From Felis catus (lineage: Eukaryota): a stretch of DNA of 64,000 nt. Within the stretch, counting starts at the first letter, position 1, and the number at the start of each line of letters is the position of its first letter. Below are positions 61,806 to 64,000 of the stretch, piece after piece. The notes under the pieces are model-generated. The model saw only the letters and a program-made list of their open reading frames with translations, was not told where the DNA came from and did no database searches. The DNA is taken from NCBI RefSeq assembly GCF_018350175.1, contig NC_058377.1:109988001-110052000 (forward strand), read 5' to 3'. Position numbers and translations under genes: made by a program.

Positions 61806-63368
61806 ATGGTGAGTATCCTCCGGTCGTTCCCCCCAAAGGCCCAAACCCCTGGCCAGAGGGAGGGCTCAGAGGGCAGAGTTTGGCATCCAACAGCCTAACC
61901 CTGGGGGCACCCCCGTGCAGACGACTGGGGCCTGCGACCAGCTGCACACACCCTGCTGCCTCCCAGCTCTGTGTGCCAGGCGCTCCCCCATCAGCCCCGG
62001 GGATGGGCACTGTTGGTCCCCTTTGGCACGCACCCATTCATCCTGCAACATTTATTGTGCACGTACATCTGTGCACACCATTCTGGGGGTGGGGATGTAT
62101 CAGTGAACACACAGTCTGGGCTCTCGGGGAGCACACCTTCCAAGAGAAGGCTCGAGGCTCCGAATTTGGCACTGGTTAGCTCTGATTCAAGCCCAGGTCT
62201 CGGGCCCAGACCTGCCCTCCGGGGCCACAGCACGCGGTCTCCCCATGACTGTAGTCCAAGCCTCACTGGCATCCTGGGGTGGGACAGGGCAGATGCCAGG
62301 CCCCCACAGAGCCCAAAGGAACCTCACAAGGTAGCCCCGCCTGTCCCCCGGAGGACAGGCCCACCTGTGTCCCCCACTGTGTTCACACTGAGCCTCTGAG
62401 CAGCCTCCTGTGGGAGTCAGCCAGACTCAGAGAGGGGCAGGGGTGTAAAATTTCACCCAAAGAAAGCATTTCCATGACTCAGAACGTCTGTAAAAAGGGC
62501 ACCGGTTTTTTCCCCTGCCAATGCCTAGCACAGGGTTGGGCACACAGTAGGTCCTCAAGACCTACTTCGATGGCAGTGGACCAGATCCATCTACGTATTT
62601 AGGCCTCAGCAGAACTCTGTGATGGCAGGTTACGGACAAGCAGAGAGAAATGAGCAGCTCGAGAGAGATCGCTCGGCTCGATTGTTCATTTCTTCTTCGG
62701 TCAACATTTGTTGAGAAGCTATGGCGTGCCACTGTTTTATGCACCAGGACTGCCTTGATGAACAAACAGACCAAAACCTCTGGTCCTGTGAACCAAGCTA
62801 GGGCGGACCTTGGCGTGGGATGGGGGGCAGTGGTCCAGCCAGCAGCGCGTCGCTTTCTACCCACCCCTCCCTCCCCGGGGGCACTGCACCTCCGGTTTAC
62901 AAAGCACTCCCACCTGCCTGCTCCTGGGGACAGGCCTTCATCCCCTAATCCGACTCCATCCTCTCCTGGTTCCTAGGACAGTGTCTGCCCCAAACATCAC
63001 CCACGGTCAGGAGCGTGGCGGGCTTGTACCCTTGGGTGACTTAATGTGTCCTTTGCCCACTCTGCCCAAGACCCACCACTTCTGCCCCTCTCAGCTCTCT
63101 CTGGATCCACTGGGTCCCGCGTGGGACTGCCCGCTGGCCTCCAAGGACCTGGAGGAAGAGGAGGGCCCATGGGGAGGAGGCGCTGGCCTGCCACCCCCAG
63201 GCTGCTTCTCTGGCTCCTGGCGCCATGACGTGGGCCTGGACTGCAAGGGCTCCCTCGAGGAAGCGGAGGCCCGGGCGTGGACCGTCTACCACTATAGCCT
63301 CCTCCAGAGCTGTCTGCAGCAAGCTGGCCTGCCGGAGACCCAGGACCGCAGCCAGGTGCCCCGCACAG
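61806..63368 (+). CDS. CARNS1: Carnosine synthase 1, N-terminal part; join(61806..61808,63095..63368,...); continues beyond the window
   Basis: ATG|gtgagt ends a 27-nt exon (61782-61808). The next exon encodes LSLDPLGPAWDCPLASKDLEEEEGPWGGG...QQAGLPETQDRSQVPRT, matching the recalled long CARNS1 N-terminus. The window ends in a polypyrimidine tract. Confidence 0.9.
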
Positions 63369-64000
63369 GTATCCGAGGGCTCCGTGGAGGGGTGTATCCC
63401 TGGGAGGGGGAGGGAGGCACCCTCAGCCCGGCCTGCTTCCCATCCCTGTCAAGGTCAGCCCCTTCCCCCAGGCTCTGTCTAGATCTGAAGCCAGGGAAGC
63501 AAGGCCAGTAAACTTTGGGCAGGTAAGTATTGTTTCAAAGGGCATCTGGCACCAGTAAAGCAGAGATCCGGACTTCCCTCGTATTCCGGAAGACCCAGCC
63601 GTGGGATTTGCAATCCATGTTCTGTGGAGCGAAACCTTCTATAGAAGTGCCTTGGGAGCTGCTAACAGTTGGGACTCAAGACTCCTCCCCTGCTTTATCT
63701 GTTTAATATACTAGATGGCCACAAAGGTTTCGTGTGGACAGAGGGGTTCACAGGTAGAAGACATGAAAATCACAGACTGGGCTCTCCTGGGGATCACACA
63801 CTGGGAAACTGAGACATGGGGGCCCTGGGTCACAGAGAAAGTCAGTGTCAGAGCTCAGGCTAGAACCCAGGTCTCCGGTCACCCAGCCTCCAGTATCTTC
63901 CAGGCCAGCTGCAGAGAGAAGGGAGCCACCCTCATGGGGTGGGATGGGCAGGCAGCGCCCCTTCTCTCTCCAGTCTCTTCTCTGTCCTCTCTACTCTTCT

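Noticed and set aside
60807-61844. 345-aa minus-strand ORF
   Set aside because: Antisense through the CARNS1 CpG island and a CT-rich tract; low complexity.

Overview
Mammalian genomic DNA, almost certainly from a felid (abundant Can-SINE/SINEC_Fc elements with target-site duplications). It is orthologous to the human 11q13.2 cluster. I reconstructed six protein-coding genes exon by exon from GT-AG sites and reading phase: POLD4 (-, 4 exons, 107 aa), CLCF1 (-, 3 exons, 225 aa), RAD9A (+, 11 exons, 385 aa), PPP1CA (-, 7 exons, 330 aa), TBC1D10C/Carabin (+, 9 coding exons, 446 aa) and the 5' part of CARNS1 (+). The rest is SINE, L1, L2, MIR and LTR remnants, microsatellites, CpG islands and three assembly gaps. 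Nearly all six-frame ORFs are GC-rich noise. I see no wholly new gene system. The best leads are: two extra in-frame candidate first exons in CLCF1 intron 1; phase-compatible CLCF1-to-POLD4 read-through that would give a p12 lacking its PIP-degron; apparent loss of the ATM SQ site in RAD9A; a 49-bp duplication of the CARNS1 exon-1 donor; a SINE carrying a transduced 3' tag; and overlapping RAD9A/PPP1CA 3' ends. Comparisons to human proteins are from memory and need alignment.
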